Assembly (NCBI GenBank): GCA_012295275.1 | Contig: CM022671.1 | Coordinates: forward strand, 26,660,001 to 26,724,000 | Length of the DNA stretch: 64,000 nucleotides | Direction: 5' to 3' | Origin: Chrysomallon squamiferum | Lineage: Eukaryota; Animalia; Mollusca | Shown here: positions 27,740 through 43,000 of the stretch, piece by piece | Numbering within the stretch: position 1 is the first letter of the stretch | How the letters are laid out: the number at the start of each line of letters is the position of its first letter | Notes under the pieces: generated by a model | Told to the model about the DNA's origin: nothing | Databases searched by the model: none | Seen by the model: only the letters and a program-made list of their open reading frames with translations | Made by a program: the position numbers and the translations under genes

Positions 27740-28180
27740 TATCTGATGTAACAGTCATAATTTTAGACTCATTGCCAGTGGTGTGATATTGAACTGCTTA
27801 CACAAAGTGGTATGATAATCAAGCCTTTAGACAGAAGTTAACAAGACAAGTGCTTAGACGCTTATGTGACAATCAAGCTTTTAGATGCAGGTATACTATC
27901 AAGCCTTTAGGCAGCTGTATGGCTATAAAGCATTTAGCCAGTCAGATGAGGCAGCACAACACTTCACCTTTCTCATTGGAATGACAGTCAAGTCTTTGGT
28001 CACAGCAGCATGAAGACTGAGAATTCAGCCTTAGCGGTATGTGACAATCAAGCTGTTGAAAACACTAGTGCAGCTATCAATCCTTCAGACTCACTGGCAC
28101 CAATGTCACTAAAGTGTCACCAGCACAATAGTCAGTAACAGTTGTATGGACATACGAGTGCAATAAACAAGCCTTTGACC
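27740..28180. repeat. Degenerate ~27-32 bp minisatellite
   Basis: Recurring tgacaATCAAGCCTTTAGac variants at about 27818, 27872, 27898, 27988, 28047, 28076 and 28168. Confidence 0.65.
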
Positions 28181-30409
28181 ATGGTACTCAAATATTTAAA
28201 AAAGCTCATAAAACACATAGGAACAGGTAACAAATAGAATAGCCATATTCTTTGCTTGCCCAGGACAGCATACTTGAATTCTAATAAAAGATTAAAAAAA
28301 AAAAAAAATTAAAAAATAACACCACCCTGAATTAATTATGTCATCAATGTCATCAGCTTCAGTGTCTTCATGTTTACTAGAGTAATCTAATGCACTCATA
28401 ATACCTTTTCTTTTCTCTATTCCTTTTGTTGAGCAATCGATATGTAATCCAGCTTGAATAATATTACCAGTGTGGTTGTGTGTGTGATGAATGCCTGGCA
28501 CAGTTAACACATTGTAACTATTATCTCTGCAGATTATCTTTGCCTCATCTTAGCAGTTGTGACATCCCTCACAACATGTTTTAGGAAGAAATAAGTAATG
28601 GATTATCCTTGTGGGAGTTTCGCCATTTGATAGTTTCCATTCATCATTTTCACAAAGATTGTGTAACAAAAGAGATGAAGTGAGGAAGGCCAGTACATGA
28701 GGATACAGTGTACGGGGAGATTAGAAAGCAACAGTTCACTTGTAACGTGCAGCACCAGGCAATCCTTGTCACCTTGCTGTTAAGCGCACCACTGGAAGCA
28801 GATTTAGTGGAGATTATTCCTGTGTGACCTACAAACACAAAAGATTTTACCAGCAAGATTATGATTATTGCTGTCAAAAAAAACCCCAGAAACTTGGATA
28901 AAGTGTTTTCTCATTTCCAGATTTATCTATCTTTTCACAATGACATAATATATTGTAATGTACATTTACAGTACATGTTGGTAACACAGTATTCTTTATT
29001 ATTTGTTGGGTTCATTACTCACATGACATTTAGTTGTAAGGCATTAAAAGTACACAGTATTTTTCAACTTTTTTAACATTACAATTTACAAAAAAAAGGA
29101 ATTTGTTTTTCTTTTTTTTTTTTTTTTTTTTACATTTTATAATATTTATTGCTAGGTTGACACTAAGGTGTAGAAAAAGTTTAAAACATTTTTTTTTTTT
29201 TTTTTTTAAAAGATGTCATTAAAGTGTAAGAAATCAATATTTATAATTAGTTGTTTTCTTGTCTGTAAGAAGGTTCATATAAAATAAATTTTTTGCTTAA
29301 TCAATGGAAAAAACCCAATGAATGGAAACATCAGGTTTCACTTCTCAACTCATTCTTGTAAATAAAAAAACAAACATGTTTGGCATCTATTAAATGTTAA
29401 TAAAATATGCTGAAGTATTATTTATGATATATTTAATTTCAAAGCAGAATTGTCTTACCCTTATTTGTTTAAAAAAATAATAATAAATTCAGATACAAAA
29501 TATATCTGGATAAATTACTACTACTTTCCTTTCCTTTTTGAGCTCTGACTAAGCAGGTCAGAGGTGAAGATCATTTTCTATGTTATCTGTGAGTATGAAG
29601 ATTGGAGAAAGTAAAAAACAATTTTTGACATTTTGTAAGTAGGGGAGATTCTGATAAAATGAAATGTTAACCGACAATAAAGCGCAGCAAATCTCAGAAA
29701 CTTGGACATTTATGGTCATATCTCACACAGGCAAGATGAAATATAAAGACATTTAAAACACCATCTGTAGTGTGATACGAATTGGTCAGCACACATGATG
29801 GATAGATGACTGATAGTATTTATACAGATGGTTCATTCATAGGCAGCAGGGATAGCCATGTTCCCCACTGGTTTATAAACAGGATCTCTGGTGCTTAGAT
29901 ACACATGTATTCCAGATACATGCAATATGTCTGTCGTGGTATGTGCTGCTTTGACCTTTATGAACATGCTTACTTTGTGTATGAAATTGATGTGCTTCTT
30001 TGTAGCTAAGACCTTTTTCCACTGATCATGTTAACAAAGGCAATGAGACTCATTATATCTTTAAAAAGGATAGTGGGAAAGGTGGAGTCATTGTGTGTTT
30101 CCTGTTATAAATGTTTTTAGGATTTTGAAAATTCTTTTTGTACACTTGCATCATCTGCAGCATCTTATACAGTCAGTCATATTACAAACATCTGATTTTT
30201 AAATGGCATGGTTCTTCTACTCCATTTTATGATCTTGTATTCAGGTGTATCTGTAAGTCACAAAGCTTTGAAATTTGAAGTGTATTATACAGCAGTGTAA
30301 AAACTTCATCATTTCATTTTTATCATCACGTTTTATGTAAAATATATGAATTATGCCTGTCTTAAAAAATCTTATCGAAAATGTTTGAATTATCTCATAA
30401 CAGTAAAAA

Positions 30410-30467
30410 TTACAAAAGAGAATTTCTACAAACAAAAGTTACAAAAGAGAATTTCTACAGACAAACA
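30410..30467. repeat. 29-bp tandem duplication
   Basis: ttacaaaagagaatttctaca(a/g)acaaa x2. Confidence 0.85.
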
Positions 30468-30790
30468 GTTTACATTGTACTGTTCACTCATGCTCCTTTG
30501 TGATTTTGAAAAGATAATGAATCTATAAGAAATTTCCTGGCCTTATAAAGAATTCTATTAATATGAATCTGCAGCTTGGAACAATTTATGGATAAATATA
30601 GGATTAAAGAGAATGGAACATACAAAATCCATCTGAGATAAAAAGAAGTTCTCTGATTGATCTGTGTTATTACTATTCTGACTCATATGCAGTTCAGTAA
30701 TCCACTGTAACTTTGTAATGAATAGAAAGCAGTTATGTATCACATAGCCAGTTTGTATTTGACTTTGACTGTGTGTGTATCTGTCTGTAA

Positions 30791-30830
<40 letters not shown>

Positions 30831-31908
30831 TGTCAGTTGTGAAACATTGCTTAATTATGACTTGAGAGAGAAAAAGTTATTAACATCAACATGTATTTTT
30901 ATCAAAGACAGGACAGTACATTCCAAAACCTTGGATAGGTCATATATAGGATAGTGGTGAGGAATGGAAGAGTTATTAAAAATATGTTTGTTCTTACAGA
31001 GTAAGAATATTTCTGTAACATAGTAAAAGCTGAGTACTTACACTAAGAAATGTTTATTGGATTTTCATTTCCATGGTTCTGTCATGCATGTCTTTTATTT
31101 TGTTTATACACTCCAGCCACACAGTATTAACATTGTGATAATTATCTGGTAATGCATACAACCTTATGTGACACTGCTTTTATGTTGGATGATTTTACAA
31201 CCCAGAGAGGGTGAAATCTGCAGTACTAAACTAGTTTATGTAAGTTACACAAGAAACAATGTCTGATCCCTGCAACCCTCTGTGTAGTTAAGATTACCAT
31301 AGGAAACAGCAACTAAAGTACAAAGGGTATGCGTAATTGGTGATTATTCAATTCTCTTTTTAACATGTCTGTGATAGGATTTGGAAGGGCAGCTGTTAAG
31401 ATAACATGAGGTAAGAAATACTTGAAATAAGCCACAGGCCATCTGTGTAATAAGTAATTAAAAGTGATGAAAGAGTCCCCATCAACAACCAAAGGTTTCA
31501 TGTATATAAACAATGGGAGATGGAACGAGGAAATGGAGAAATATTTTGCATGGCCGTACAAACACAGGTGTTGCATGAAACTGATAACTTTCACAGTTCC
31601 TTGTTTAAGCTGTACTGCCAAAGTCTCAATGATTATTTTCATTAGAGTTTTGCCCTCGAGAAATAAACTGCTAATTTTCATAAAATTGCTAATGCAAAGC
31701 AAAATGAATTAACAAATATTTGTTTAATGATACCCAACACATTTTATTCATGGTTTTCTGATTTCAAAGTTAACAAGTTTCTTTTTCTTGTATATGTATT
31801 TGTTTAATGATGATAATGAAAAAAAAAAAATCATGTCATCATTCTAATGAATACTCATTACTTTGGTATCTTTAATGCAGTGAATGAATAATAGTATTTT
31901 AATAATGG

Positions 31909-31947
<39 letters not shown>

Positions 31948-32794
31948 ACATTTAATTTGATGTGTATATTTTAAATTATAAAAACATGTCAGTATTTCAT
32001 GGTTACAAATTATTTTTAAGACGACAAACTTTAGCCACCGCAACAGGGCCTCTCATAAACTAAGACCCATCACGTTTATCAATAAGTTATGATGTGGCCT
32101 ATGACTTTCAGAAGCATCAAAATGCCTTTAGTTTTCCAGCATTTTGCTGCAGCATAATGCAGCGTTTTCCCCATGTCCCAAATGAATCAGAAGCCATTGC
32201 CATAAATTTCTTGTTTGTTCTACAGCATGAAATGAAAATTGGCCACAATGCGTTAATTCTTCAACATCAATATTACAGTATTTATGACACCTTGTCAGCT
32301 GATGATTCAAAACGATATAAATCAATGTGTCTAATTTGTATAATGTTGTTTACTGTGGAACATTCAATTAAAAGATGGTGCTGCCTGATCTCAATTATGC
32401 TGCGATGCTAGTTTACGATGACCATAAGGTGGTTGAGGTCTTTCTTTAATTTGGGGTTTTCTTTTTCTTTTTTCACTAATTTCCTTTTCTTTTTTTCTTT
32501 GTTTTTCTATCTATCTTTCTTTCTTATTTTCTCTTTTTATTGATTTGTTTTAATTTTAATTTTCTTTTTTAAAATTATGTATTTGAACTTTGATATATAT
32601 AAAAAAAAAAAAAAAACTAATTTAAAAATTATTATTATAAAACTGCTGAATCGTGGTTACTTTTATCTTGAATCAGCTAGAGTTAGGATGTTTCAGTGTG
32701 TGGCCTGGTTAAAAAGTCATTTTAACAATTTCCTTTCATTTTTTACAACATTTTAATGTAAAAATGATGTGTCATTTTGACATTATTTTCAAAA

Positions 32795-32930
32795 GACACT
32801 GCTACATATCAGCAGCAGCAAGGAATCTTTTATTTATATCCACAAATCATGTATATCCACCGGCCTTTGATAAGTTAGTTTTGTGCCAATGATTAGAAGA
32901 GGAAATCGTCAAATGAACATATCAAGAAGG
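32795..32930 (-). mobile_element. SINE V-domain-like fragment, reverse orientation
   Basis: agcagcaaggaatcttttat...ccaccggcctttgataa is the reverse complement of the core seen at 60.5 kb (ataaaagattccttgct) and 53.7 kb (ttatcaaaggcc). Confidence 0.6.
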
Positions 32931-35277
32931 AAAAAAAATTATTCCTCGGAGAATAATTTATATGGTTTTTTAACCTATTCTGTAGATTAAATTACATAGC
33001 ATTCAGTAAGCAATGCATTATTTATCAAAAAAGAAGATTGTTTTACTTGTGTCAACTATGAACAGGAAATCAATATCTTCTGATACATCTGTGGAGTTCA
33101 GTGGTTGGAACTGGTCTTCAGTGATGTTTTTTTACATCTACTTGTTTCAAGTGACGAGAAGAATATTTCAAAAAGTTACAACCAGTATATCACCTAACAG
33201 ACACTCTTTAGAAATGTACAGACAGCTTTATACTTCGGTTATTCAACTATTGATACTCATTTTGCATGGCTTAAATCACTTGCCAAATTTTGTTAAGTCA
33301 TGTTCATGTAAACTGAATAGCTGAGGAATGTGTGGGTGATCTACTCTACACCTAACACACTTCTTTCTTTTTCTTTTTTTTTACCCTTTGTACGAACAGC
33401 AGGTTTACATGTACAAGCGAAGAGAACCATCTACCTTTCTATGTAGGAAATAATCATTTGATCTTCTCCAAATAAGCATGGTGATATTGTGTACACAAAT
33501 ACCTGTGCATTATGTGTGTGTGCTGTGTGTCAGGTCTGGTTTCTCTGTTGGCTGTCCAGTCACCGGATACATTGTGTGAGAGATCTCATCTTGCAGATGT
33601 TTCTGTTTGGCCCACACAGATTGTATACACAGAGCAAGTCAGGTTACCAAACACTGAAACACCTTTCTTCCATCCACTAGCCATCACTGCCATGGCCAGA
33701 ACAAATGGCTTTGTCTGAAGGCTTCAAACAAGACCTAACACTATAATAGTTGTGTTCTGTGCTTAAGAGATCTTTTTTTTTTTTTTTTGCTTCTGAAGTT
33801 TAAAACATTTCAATGAATTTTGAACTCCTTTTTGTTAAATCTCTTTGATTTGTAATAGATGTGAAGTCTAAAACATTTCATGTTTAAATTATTACTGTAA
33901 AAGTCCATATCATCATTCTGAATTGTGACATAAAATCTAAATTTTCAGCCCCACTTTTTATATCAGTTCCCTGAAGTTTAAGCTATTGTTTCAATATATA
34001 AATAACATCTCTGTAGTAGAAGACTGTAGGAAAAATTGTTTTTGTGACATTCGAAATTCTTTCCCCTGAAGTTTGAATAATATATTTGAAGTTTCAAAAC
34101 AAGTTTATTCATGGGAAATACTAACTAAATGAAACTTATTAAAATAATTTAAAAAAAAAACTAAACTTTATTGTACATAATACATATATATATGTATAAA
34201 TGAGTTGGTTTCTCTTTAATATAATGCATTAACAAAGAAATGTGAGAAGGACAATCAGCCTGAATCAAGTTTCATTATTTCTAAGAAGTAATTAACTAAT
34301 TTTAAGTCAAGCTTTTTTGAAAATGTACCTAATTAATGTAAATTTCTCACCTGTCATCCTTGCACGTACAGGTAACAATTAACTGTTTTATCACCATCAT
34401 CACCAAATAAAATTGATACAACACACATTTCACACACACTGTGATACAAACAGATTTCATAGTAACTTTTCTAGTTTTACCTCACTAATTACAACCCAGC
34501 TTCATTTTACTCAGCTTACATAATCCTGCCTGTATTTTTTCTTACATAAGCTAATTTAGGAGTTTAATGATTGAAGAGTTTGCTTTATATGTGCCGAGTG
34601 GAACAGCTAGTTAGCAATGTCCTTGATTTCCTGCATGGACTAATTTACCATTTGATACATGCTCTTTTCCAATTTGCAACCATTTCCTTGTGCTGTCAGT
34701 ATCATGTGTTGGCCACAGACTGCAAGGAAGTGCAGAGCGAGATAAAACTTTGTAATGGATGGCACGAATCTGTCTAAAGAACTCGCCACTGGTTTGTTTG
34801 GTTTCTGTATCATGTCTAGAGTGACAGGAAGCCATGTTACAAGCAGAATTGATTTTAACTATTTCATTATGTCATCTTGAATTTTTCACATTTAAATTCT
34901 TATCATGTGGCATTTTTTTAAGGATATGTTTTAGATTATTGTCTGTGGACTGTGACATATCTTTACTGTATAACAGATCAGTATTGATTATATGTGTTTA
35001 AATATATATGTTAAAGAACTGCTAAACATGTTCAATAAAAATTAATCCAATTCTTCAAATAGCTTCTAAATATTAAAATGTATGTGCTTTGCGATATTAT
35101 TATTAATGACTGACAATTAATAATCAGTCATTGTTTATGCAAAATAATTTATTTTTATTAGATACATGCATAAATAATTATATTTACTAATTTTAATATA
35201 AAATCTTTTAAAATATTGAAAACATGAAATATATTAATCTCTGCATTTCCCAAACAAATCATTTTTAAAGCTTCCAA

Positions 35278-35308
<31 letters not shown>

Positions 35309-38300
35309 TTTTAGAAACCAGTGTGATCATATTATAGGAAGCTCTATTCCAGTTCCTTCATTGAGCATAATAATTTAATTAAGTAAATTGCATCTTTTTC
35401 TTTTTGTGTTTCAAATATATGATGCACATTATCTGCTTGGACTGACAACACACCAATCACTTGCTTAATGTTCTCTTCAAACCAGCACTGTACAAAACGA
35501 TACATAAACCAGAGTTAGCTGGAACGAAGGCAAGAACAAAATAACACATCAAGTGAGAGCCAGGACAAGAAGCTTACTTTCAACTGCATGTTGTGAATGC
35601 TTCAGTGGCCAGTTCTTCGTGTCACCGTGCCTCGAAGCTAAGGATTTCACAACTTGTGAGCTTAGTTAATCAGAATGGGTCAAGTGTGTGTATTTTATGG
35701 TGAATCTTTTATTTTTTTGTTCTATTAGATTTTTTTTTCCTCGCAAAAGGGAAGGAAAATGTTTTTTCTAGTATGACAGATTAGACTAATGTTTTGCTGC
35801 TGGCTGTAATTTTTTTGTTGTTGTCGTATTATTGATTGTGTTTTATTGTCCCTTCCTGTGGATATAGACTTGGTGATGCCATGCAGGGGCAGTTCTGTAG
35901 TCAAACATCTTTGAGAGGTGAAGAAGCAGGATCTCTATTTTCTCTCTCTCTTTGTCTGTTTTTCTCTCATTCATTAACAAGGAAGTATGAAATCAGAAAT
36001 CTGTTTTATCATTCTTTAGTTCAAATTTCTTTCTTTTCTTGTTTTCTTCCTCTTTTTCTCTTCTTCCTTTTCTCTCCTCTCACTTTATCTTTCTTTTTCT
36101 CTGTGTTTCAGTCTCATTTTTTCAGATAAAAGCATCGACAGCAGGTGGTAACAAATTAAACAATCCGTATTTCTGCCACTGAGTTTGAATCTGTTGAAAC
36201 TTTAGGATTTACATTGGGAACCACGCCAGGATTTGATTTGATTTCATTTTATTTTATTGTTTTGAATATTTTTTTTTATACTCAGGGTTATTGAAGAAAG
36301 ATTTCAGAAAGATTTCAGTTTTCTAACACGTTAATTTTGTTTTGAAATTTTCTCTCACTAAATATAAGTTAAAAGAAGAGAAAAACAATTTAAAAAGATA
36401 AAAATTTTAGAGGTGATATGCTGAAGAAAGTCTGAAATGGAATATCTGAATGAGGCTACGTGCACAGTTACATAATAGCACCTCAACTTTAGAAGAACAT
36501 TTTTCATTTAGTGTTTTCAACAGCCTTAACCTGGCATGATTTCAATTAGGGTGATAAATAAATCCAAAAAAAAAAAAATCTGAAAAAATCTTTTGACAAA
36601 AGTTTGTTCATTATGTGACTGGAATTCAGCCAACTGTTTGCTTGTTCCCACGAAAATCAAGTTATAGGCAAACCAGAAAAACAACAACAAAATAAAACCT
36701 AAAGGTTTCTTCATATTCAAATGCAAATTGTTTTGCTATTTTAATACGTTACTCTTCAGCTCTGTTTTATGAGCTCCCACCCACCCAGAGAGCGATAATG
36801 CACAACCTTTTCACAAAGAAGTCGTGCAGAATTTTAGGAATTCACTGTTAGTAGATTTAGTAACACAGGTGTGATAGAGGTACAATTGCTTGCCAGAAAT
36901 ATTAGCAACCGTCTTCAAGTGCAGTTTTGTTTTTTAACTTTCTCTGCTGCAGTGTGAAAAGAATCAGAAAAACAATACTGCTGTATTATATATATGCAGG
37001 TATAGAAATTCATTTAGCAGGAGCTGTTTGTTATTTTTTTTAACAGAATATTTGTTTTTACTTTGGAAACCTGCCATGAACTGAAACTCAGTGTTTGAAC
37101 TCAAGTTTCTAAGCTATTTTTTTTATGATGCTACCTGATAAATTATTATTATTATTTTTTTTTTTTTACATAGAATTAAATTCACTGTGCAGTATTTTTA
37201 AGATTTAAATTTAGCAACGGTTCAAGCATGACTCCAAGGGTGTGAATTCCTAGAAAATATATTAGTGTTTGTTATCTTAGAATTCAGTCAGCATAAGAAA
37301 ACAAATGTTTCTGTCAGTGTGTCAGTAACAAAGCTTCGTGGCATTTTTCACATTTGTAGTCTGTATTTGCCACAGTAGATGTATTTTCCTCATTGGTTAA
37401 GTACTCAACTGAGGTAAAATGGGTTGCAGGATCTATTCTTGCTGTAGCTGTCATTGTACTATTTCTGATTAGTTAAAGACACGTGACATGTATCTCCAGG
37501 TTTATCATATTACCTGATTTTTTTAGTGTGAGAAATTTGCTTATGCAGCCAGTGATAACAGAACAAGATTTTTCTTGTATACTGTCATAAAATATCTTTA
37601 AGCAATCATTTTTTTAATTCAAAAATTCATTTCTTATTTTTTGTTTATTTATTTATTCATATGTTAATTTGACTAGTCAAATTTAAGTCCTTACTCATAT
37701 ATAAAAATATTCATAATTATAAATGATGTTGTGAAAAAAAGTAAAGTACAATTATAGACCCTGTTTTCAGTATTGTTCAAAACAATTGTCAACCATTAAT
37801 GATTTATTGTACATAACAATTGTGTAATACAAATAATAATGCCTCAGAATGCTATTAAATTGTAATAAAAATCTCTGTTCTTAGTAATTGAATGTATCGG
37901 AGTAATAGGTAGTAAATTTATGTGGCATGTCACTGTTAATGTTGTGACATGGAGGAATAATTTGTGAGTAAAATTTAAAATAAAATTGTGTTAAAGCTAT
38001 CACCATAATGGACAAAGAATGGGAAAATAAATATATACAAATTAAAATTTGTATTTCTTGCAAAAAAAATTATTCCCTGAAGCAAAAGCAATAGATTTAA
38101 CATGAAATTGCAAGTAAAGGGGAAAAAAAAGTAAAAACTAAAAAAAAAAAAAAAAAAAAATTACATTAAATGGTTTAAAATCATTATCAAAATATCTAGT
38201 TTTATTTAATTTGGCTTCTTCTGACCAAGTTAATTTGTAAAAGTATTAGTCTTCAAAATTTTAAAATAAAAACACACTACTTCCTCATATTCATTTTTTT

Positions 38301-39660
38301 ATTTTATTTGATGTGTTAGAAAGAAAAAGAGAAAGAATGAGAGGATAGGACAGAGAGAGAGACAGAATTTTCTTAGTATTTATATTAAAAAAAAGCTACA
38401 TTCAAATACTATCAGATTATTTGTTAAAGACTCATTATTGTATCAAATGCCATTAAGTCTATTTACCACACTGTATTCTGCCTGTATAATATAGCGTGTG
38501 ATCAACTGTAACTGAAATTGATTTTCAAACAAGCCATTTTAAAACAAAATGACAGCTCCTGCTACCCTGCAATCTGCCATATGTTGTTTTAATAAAATCC
38601 TACAGTCAGTAATGATAAAATAATTGTTACTCTCTCCACTGGAATATTACCTGATGCTGAGAGCTGAAGCTACAACAGATCAAACTGAGATTACAAGCCA
38701 TAAATTAAGACCATTATGGCCCATGCACTCATCGGAAGGCTGAAAATTCAATATTTTTCATATCGTTTGATTTTCTGCCAGAAGCAATGAGCAGGTGTTC
38801 TATGGCAAGGGCTATTGTCCCCAGTAGAAAATGTTGACAGATTCGAGTTCCTGGTTTTAAAGAAAAACCATTTGCTAAAGGCTCTTTTTTTTGTCTTCTG
38901 AACATCTTTGACACTTCAGAACTGGATTTCTGTCCTCATAGACACTGTGTTCTTGGTTTTAAGTTGTTCTTTTTTTTTTTTTTTCTTTTTTTTTTTTTCT
39001 CAGAAAATTTTCTTTTGGCACATGGCTAGATGTTAATGCTGTCCCATCTGCTGTAACTACTCCAATGTGGGCCTTGTTAGCCATTTGGTTTGTAATCAGG
39101 TCTGAGAGTTGACAGGACTTGGTCACAAAGACATCACATGACGTGATTAATTCTGAGTTGTTACATGATCATCTTACATGTTTCAGTCTGTCTGAGCAGT
39201 GAAGATCTTGCTCTGTTCTCTAGTCCACAACATAATCTCATTACATCTCAATGCTTGGCTTGGTCTAGCTCTTTGGTAAAGAGATGTGTGAAATGTAAAA
39301 AGGTCACGAGATCATGCTTTGATGGGCTGAAATGATGATTTCTTAGTTGATCATCTTATTGGCCTGCGGCTGCATTTAGAAAGGCTCCTGTGTCCAAAGA
39401 ATGGGTGTGATATAAGTTTAAAATCAATTATAGCCATCTGGGCTATTAGTTGTTTTAATCAATTTTTTAATCAATTGTGATAGCCTCGCAGTATATATAT
39501 CAAAGAATGTTTCAAACTGATAACTTCATAATGTACATGCAATCTTTGTGGGTTTTTGATTGTTTTATTTCATTTTATTTATAATTTTTTTTTTTTTTTT
39601 TTTAATCAAGCATTTCTATTCTAATTTTACATAATATTCCAAGCTGCTATTTTCTGCTTC

Positions 39661-39705
39661 AAATAAAATAAAACAAAACAAAACAAAACAAAACAAAACA
39701 AAACA
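39661..39705. repeat. (AAAAT)/(AAAAC)n pentamer repeat
   Basis: Direct reading. Confidence 0.92.
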
Positions 39706-39849
39706 ACATGTAACTAGAAGTATCTTGTAAGAAAGTCTACCCTAACAAATCATGTCATTACACAGAAATATTTCTATTCACAATAGTTCATCATTCAGTC
39801 TTTACACATGGGCCAAATAATAAATTAAAATTCAGTTGATTTTAATTTT

Positions 39850-39883
<34 letters not shown>

Positions 39884-39970
39884 CTAAATTTAATGACTCA
39901 ACTAGCAATGATATGTTTTACTCTGTCACAAATGAGAACAGTTTATATATTGTGTATTATCTTTTTGCAG

Positions 39971-40020
39971 TGACATTTAACTTACTGGAAACCTGATACT
40001 GCAGACAGAGGAAGTGACAG
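39971..40020 (+). other. Candidate 50-nt 5' UTR exon
   Basis: tattatctttttgcag|TGACATT...GTGACAG|GTGAGC. Both sites are strong and there is no ATG. Confidence 0.45.
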
Positions 40021-43000
40021 GTGAGCCTTTATATGCTTTTCTTCACTTCATTTAATAAAATTACATTGTTTAGCATTGTATTTTTTTGTTTATTTTAGAC
40101 AGCTGATTTATGTTTGCTTTTTATTTATTTTTTTCTTATTTTTCCTGTCCATTCTTTTTATAGCTCACACTTTTTTTTTTTTTTTTTTTTTTTCTATTCT
40201 TTCTTTTTTTCTGCCTTTTTCTCATTCATTCCTTCTTTAATTTCTTTCATTCTTTATTTCTTCTTCTCCATTTTTGGAAAAGGTGTTATAAAACATACAG
40301 CTGCAGTCCTACATGAAAATAACACTGAATAATTTGTAACAATATAAAAAATAACAAAAAACATTCACACTTTTATATTTAGAAATTATATTTACTTTGT
40401 TACATTCACAAAAACTAATGTCTGCATGAAATACGCTGAAATCTGTTTACATGTTTCTATCAACAAGCTTGGTCACCTTTTTTTTTTTTTTTTTTATCTT
40501 CCCAAAATGACTTTAATATTGTCACACCTACAGATTTTCTTGACACATTGCTTCAATTTTAGTCATTCTGCTGTCACCTGCTAAAGCTGTTATATTTCAC
40601 TCCATGTTTTATTGCTTCATTTTTTTTAAAAAAAAGGAGAGAGAAAAATAAACTTTGCGTCACTATTAAAATACCAGACATATCACTGCTAATGTGAACA
40701 ATTGTTTGACTGGCCTATATATCTTCTTTCATCCACCAGCTGTAATGAATAAGGTTTTTCTGTCCTAATTAACTAATATCTTAAGTATAAATTATCAGTT
40801 TTTGTCTTCAAGGATTATATTAGCCATGTGACATTATCAGTCATTTTGGCTGCATCAGCTGCTTTTAGACCTTATTACATGATTATATAAAAACAATCGT
40901 TGGTCTCTTTTATATTGTACGTCAGTGAATAGTCCATATTGCATGTTCATTTCGATCAAACAAAATTTTTGAAAAAAGTGGTATCCAGCTTAATGCAGTT
41001 TCCATTATAGACTTAACATGTACAACTGGTTTTAAATTAGGGGTGTAATAAACTTTATATTGTATGACTACATGGACATTAAACAATCCATGCGTGACTG
41101 GATGCTGTATGTTAATCACACCACATTCTTGTGGCTTGGAGAGTCTCAAAATCCTTGCTTCCCTGTGTGTATCAAGTGTCAGAAAATTGTTGTGGTCACC
41201 ATAAAAAACAGGACCAATAAAAGGGTAAACTCTAAATAAACCTGTGGGCATGGAAACGGGCGTTGTTTAATAAGTATTGTTTTGTGATGTTTGACCCTAA
41301 AAGAATGAGTGATAATGTTGAATGTTTAATGTGATAATGTTAAAGGGGTTTTTTAGTGTTTTTTTTTTTTTTTTCCAGTTTTGTTGTAAAAAGCAATATG
41401 AATAAAAAGTTTGAAATTTCATTTGTTTATATACAACATGGTTTTTTTTTATTAATTTATTTTGTTAGATAAAGATGTAAAAATGTTTCAGTGTCAGGCT
41501 ATTCATTTGTAAGTGTGACTGACCATTATACTATACAGTTAAGTAACTTTCAGTGTTGATGTTAAAATGTCTGTTGTGTGAAAACATGTACGATAATAAA
41601 TGGATTTATCTTTAGCATTTTTGAGTGTTTGAGTCTGTCATGCATTGGATTATTGTCCCATTCCTGACAGAGTTCCAATTTTGACTTGCCAAAGGACATG
41701 GCTTATATTTAACAGTGTAAAGGATCTTGTTACATATTACAGGTTTTGTTTTGACTTGTTATAATTATTAACATGAGATATTGTTTAATATCAATTAATT
41801 TATTCAATCATTGTATCTTAAAATAAAACCTAAAATATACATGTTCATCATTAGTTTTACTGACAGAAATAATTCTAAATATAGAACTTGGAATTTTTTT
41901 TTAAAACTATACAATTTATATATAATATCATAAATGAATTTAGATCAATTAGTCAATGATATGTTTATGAATAAAGATAGACACTAGCATAACCAAATGT
42001 GTCATACACCTGTCACACAGTGTTTACTGAAAACACTTATCCCATGGTGATTAACACAATGAGCACCAATAGAAATTTGCTATTCTAGCACTTAGAAGAT
42101 GAGGCCCCATTTATCCCTTCTACATTTCCCTGACTGAGTGACACACAATGCTATCTGTCAATCAATGTCACCTATTCCATAGGAATCTAAATCGGTCTGA
42201 GCTAAATAAAACATTCATTTGCCATAGACTGGGCTAATGAGGAAAATTGCATGCATTCATTCAGACTACTCAGAGCAAGTGTTTGATAAACCAACAGTGT
42301 GTGATACTAAGCAAGGCAGGATGTCATCCACTCTGCAAGCCAGCTGTTAGCTGTAAACGTTACTGCTTTTGTTTTAAGCGTTGTCTTCTTCCTTGGACAA
42401 TCAGGTAATTAAAACAGGTGGAGTCACTTATATTCCCAGTCACTCAGTGGGGTCTTCTTTATTGTGATAATTATTTAGATGTTAGTTGGGTAACTCGTCT
42501 TAATGGCCTGCTTTGAAAGCTTAATGGTCTGTATTGATCATTTGCACATTTATTTCACAATCAGCAAAGACTGTATATCACTTCCACTTTTTTCGTTTTT
42601 GTTTGGAATTTAATTTGGGAGTTGATTTCTTACTGCAGACTTTGGTAATTTCAGGAATTTCTTCATTTTTTTTTTTTTTCTGGGAAAAACAACAAAAAAA
42701 GTAAATTACTTGTATCACAGCAACAGAAAATAACTCATCTAAAGACTGTGTGTGTGTTTCTGTATGTTTGAATGTATGTGTTAGACTGGTGCATTAGTAT
42801 TTGTGTATTAGCTAAACGTATGAATGTTTAAGTTTTTATGGTATGTGTATGTATGTGTGTGTCATCATACATATGCAAATTTATGTGTAATTGTTATAAA
42901 TGAATAATCAATTTAAAATTAAAAATGACTTCATAAATAAGATTTTTGAATATTTAAAATAAATAAATAAATAGGCTAAATAAAGATGCATATTAACATT

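Noticed and set aside
31313-31712. Overlapping 129-aa and 82-aa ORFs; also the 109-aa ORF at 40922-41251
   Set aside because: No recognisable domain and no consistent splice sites; such lengths are expected by chance when alternative starts are allowed.
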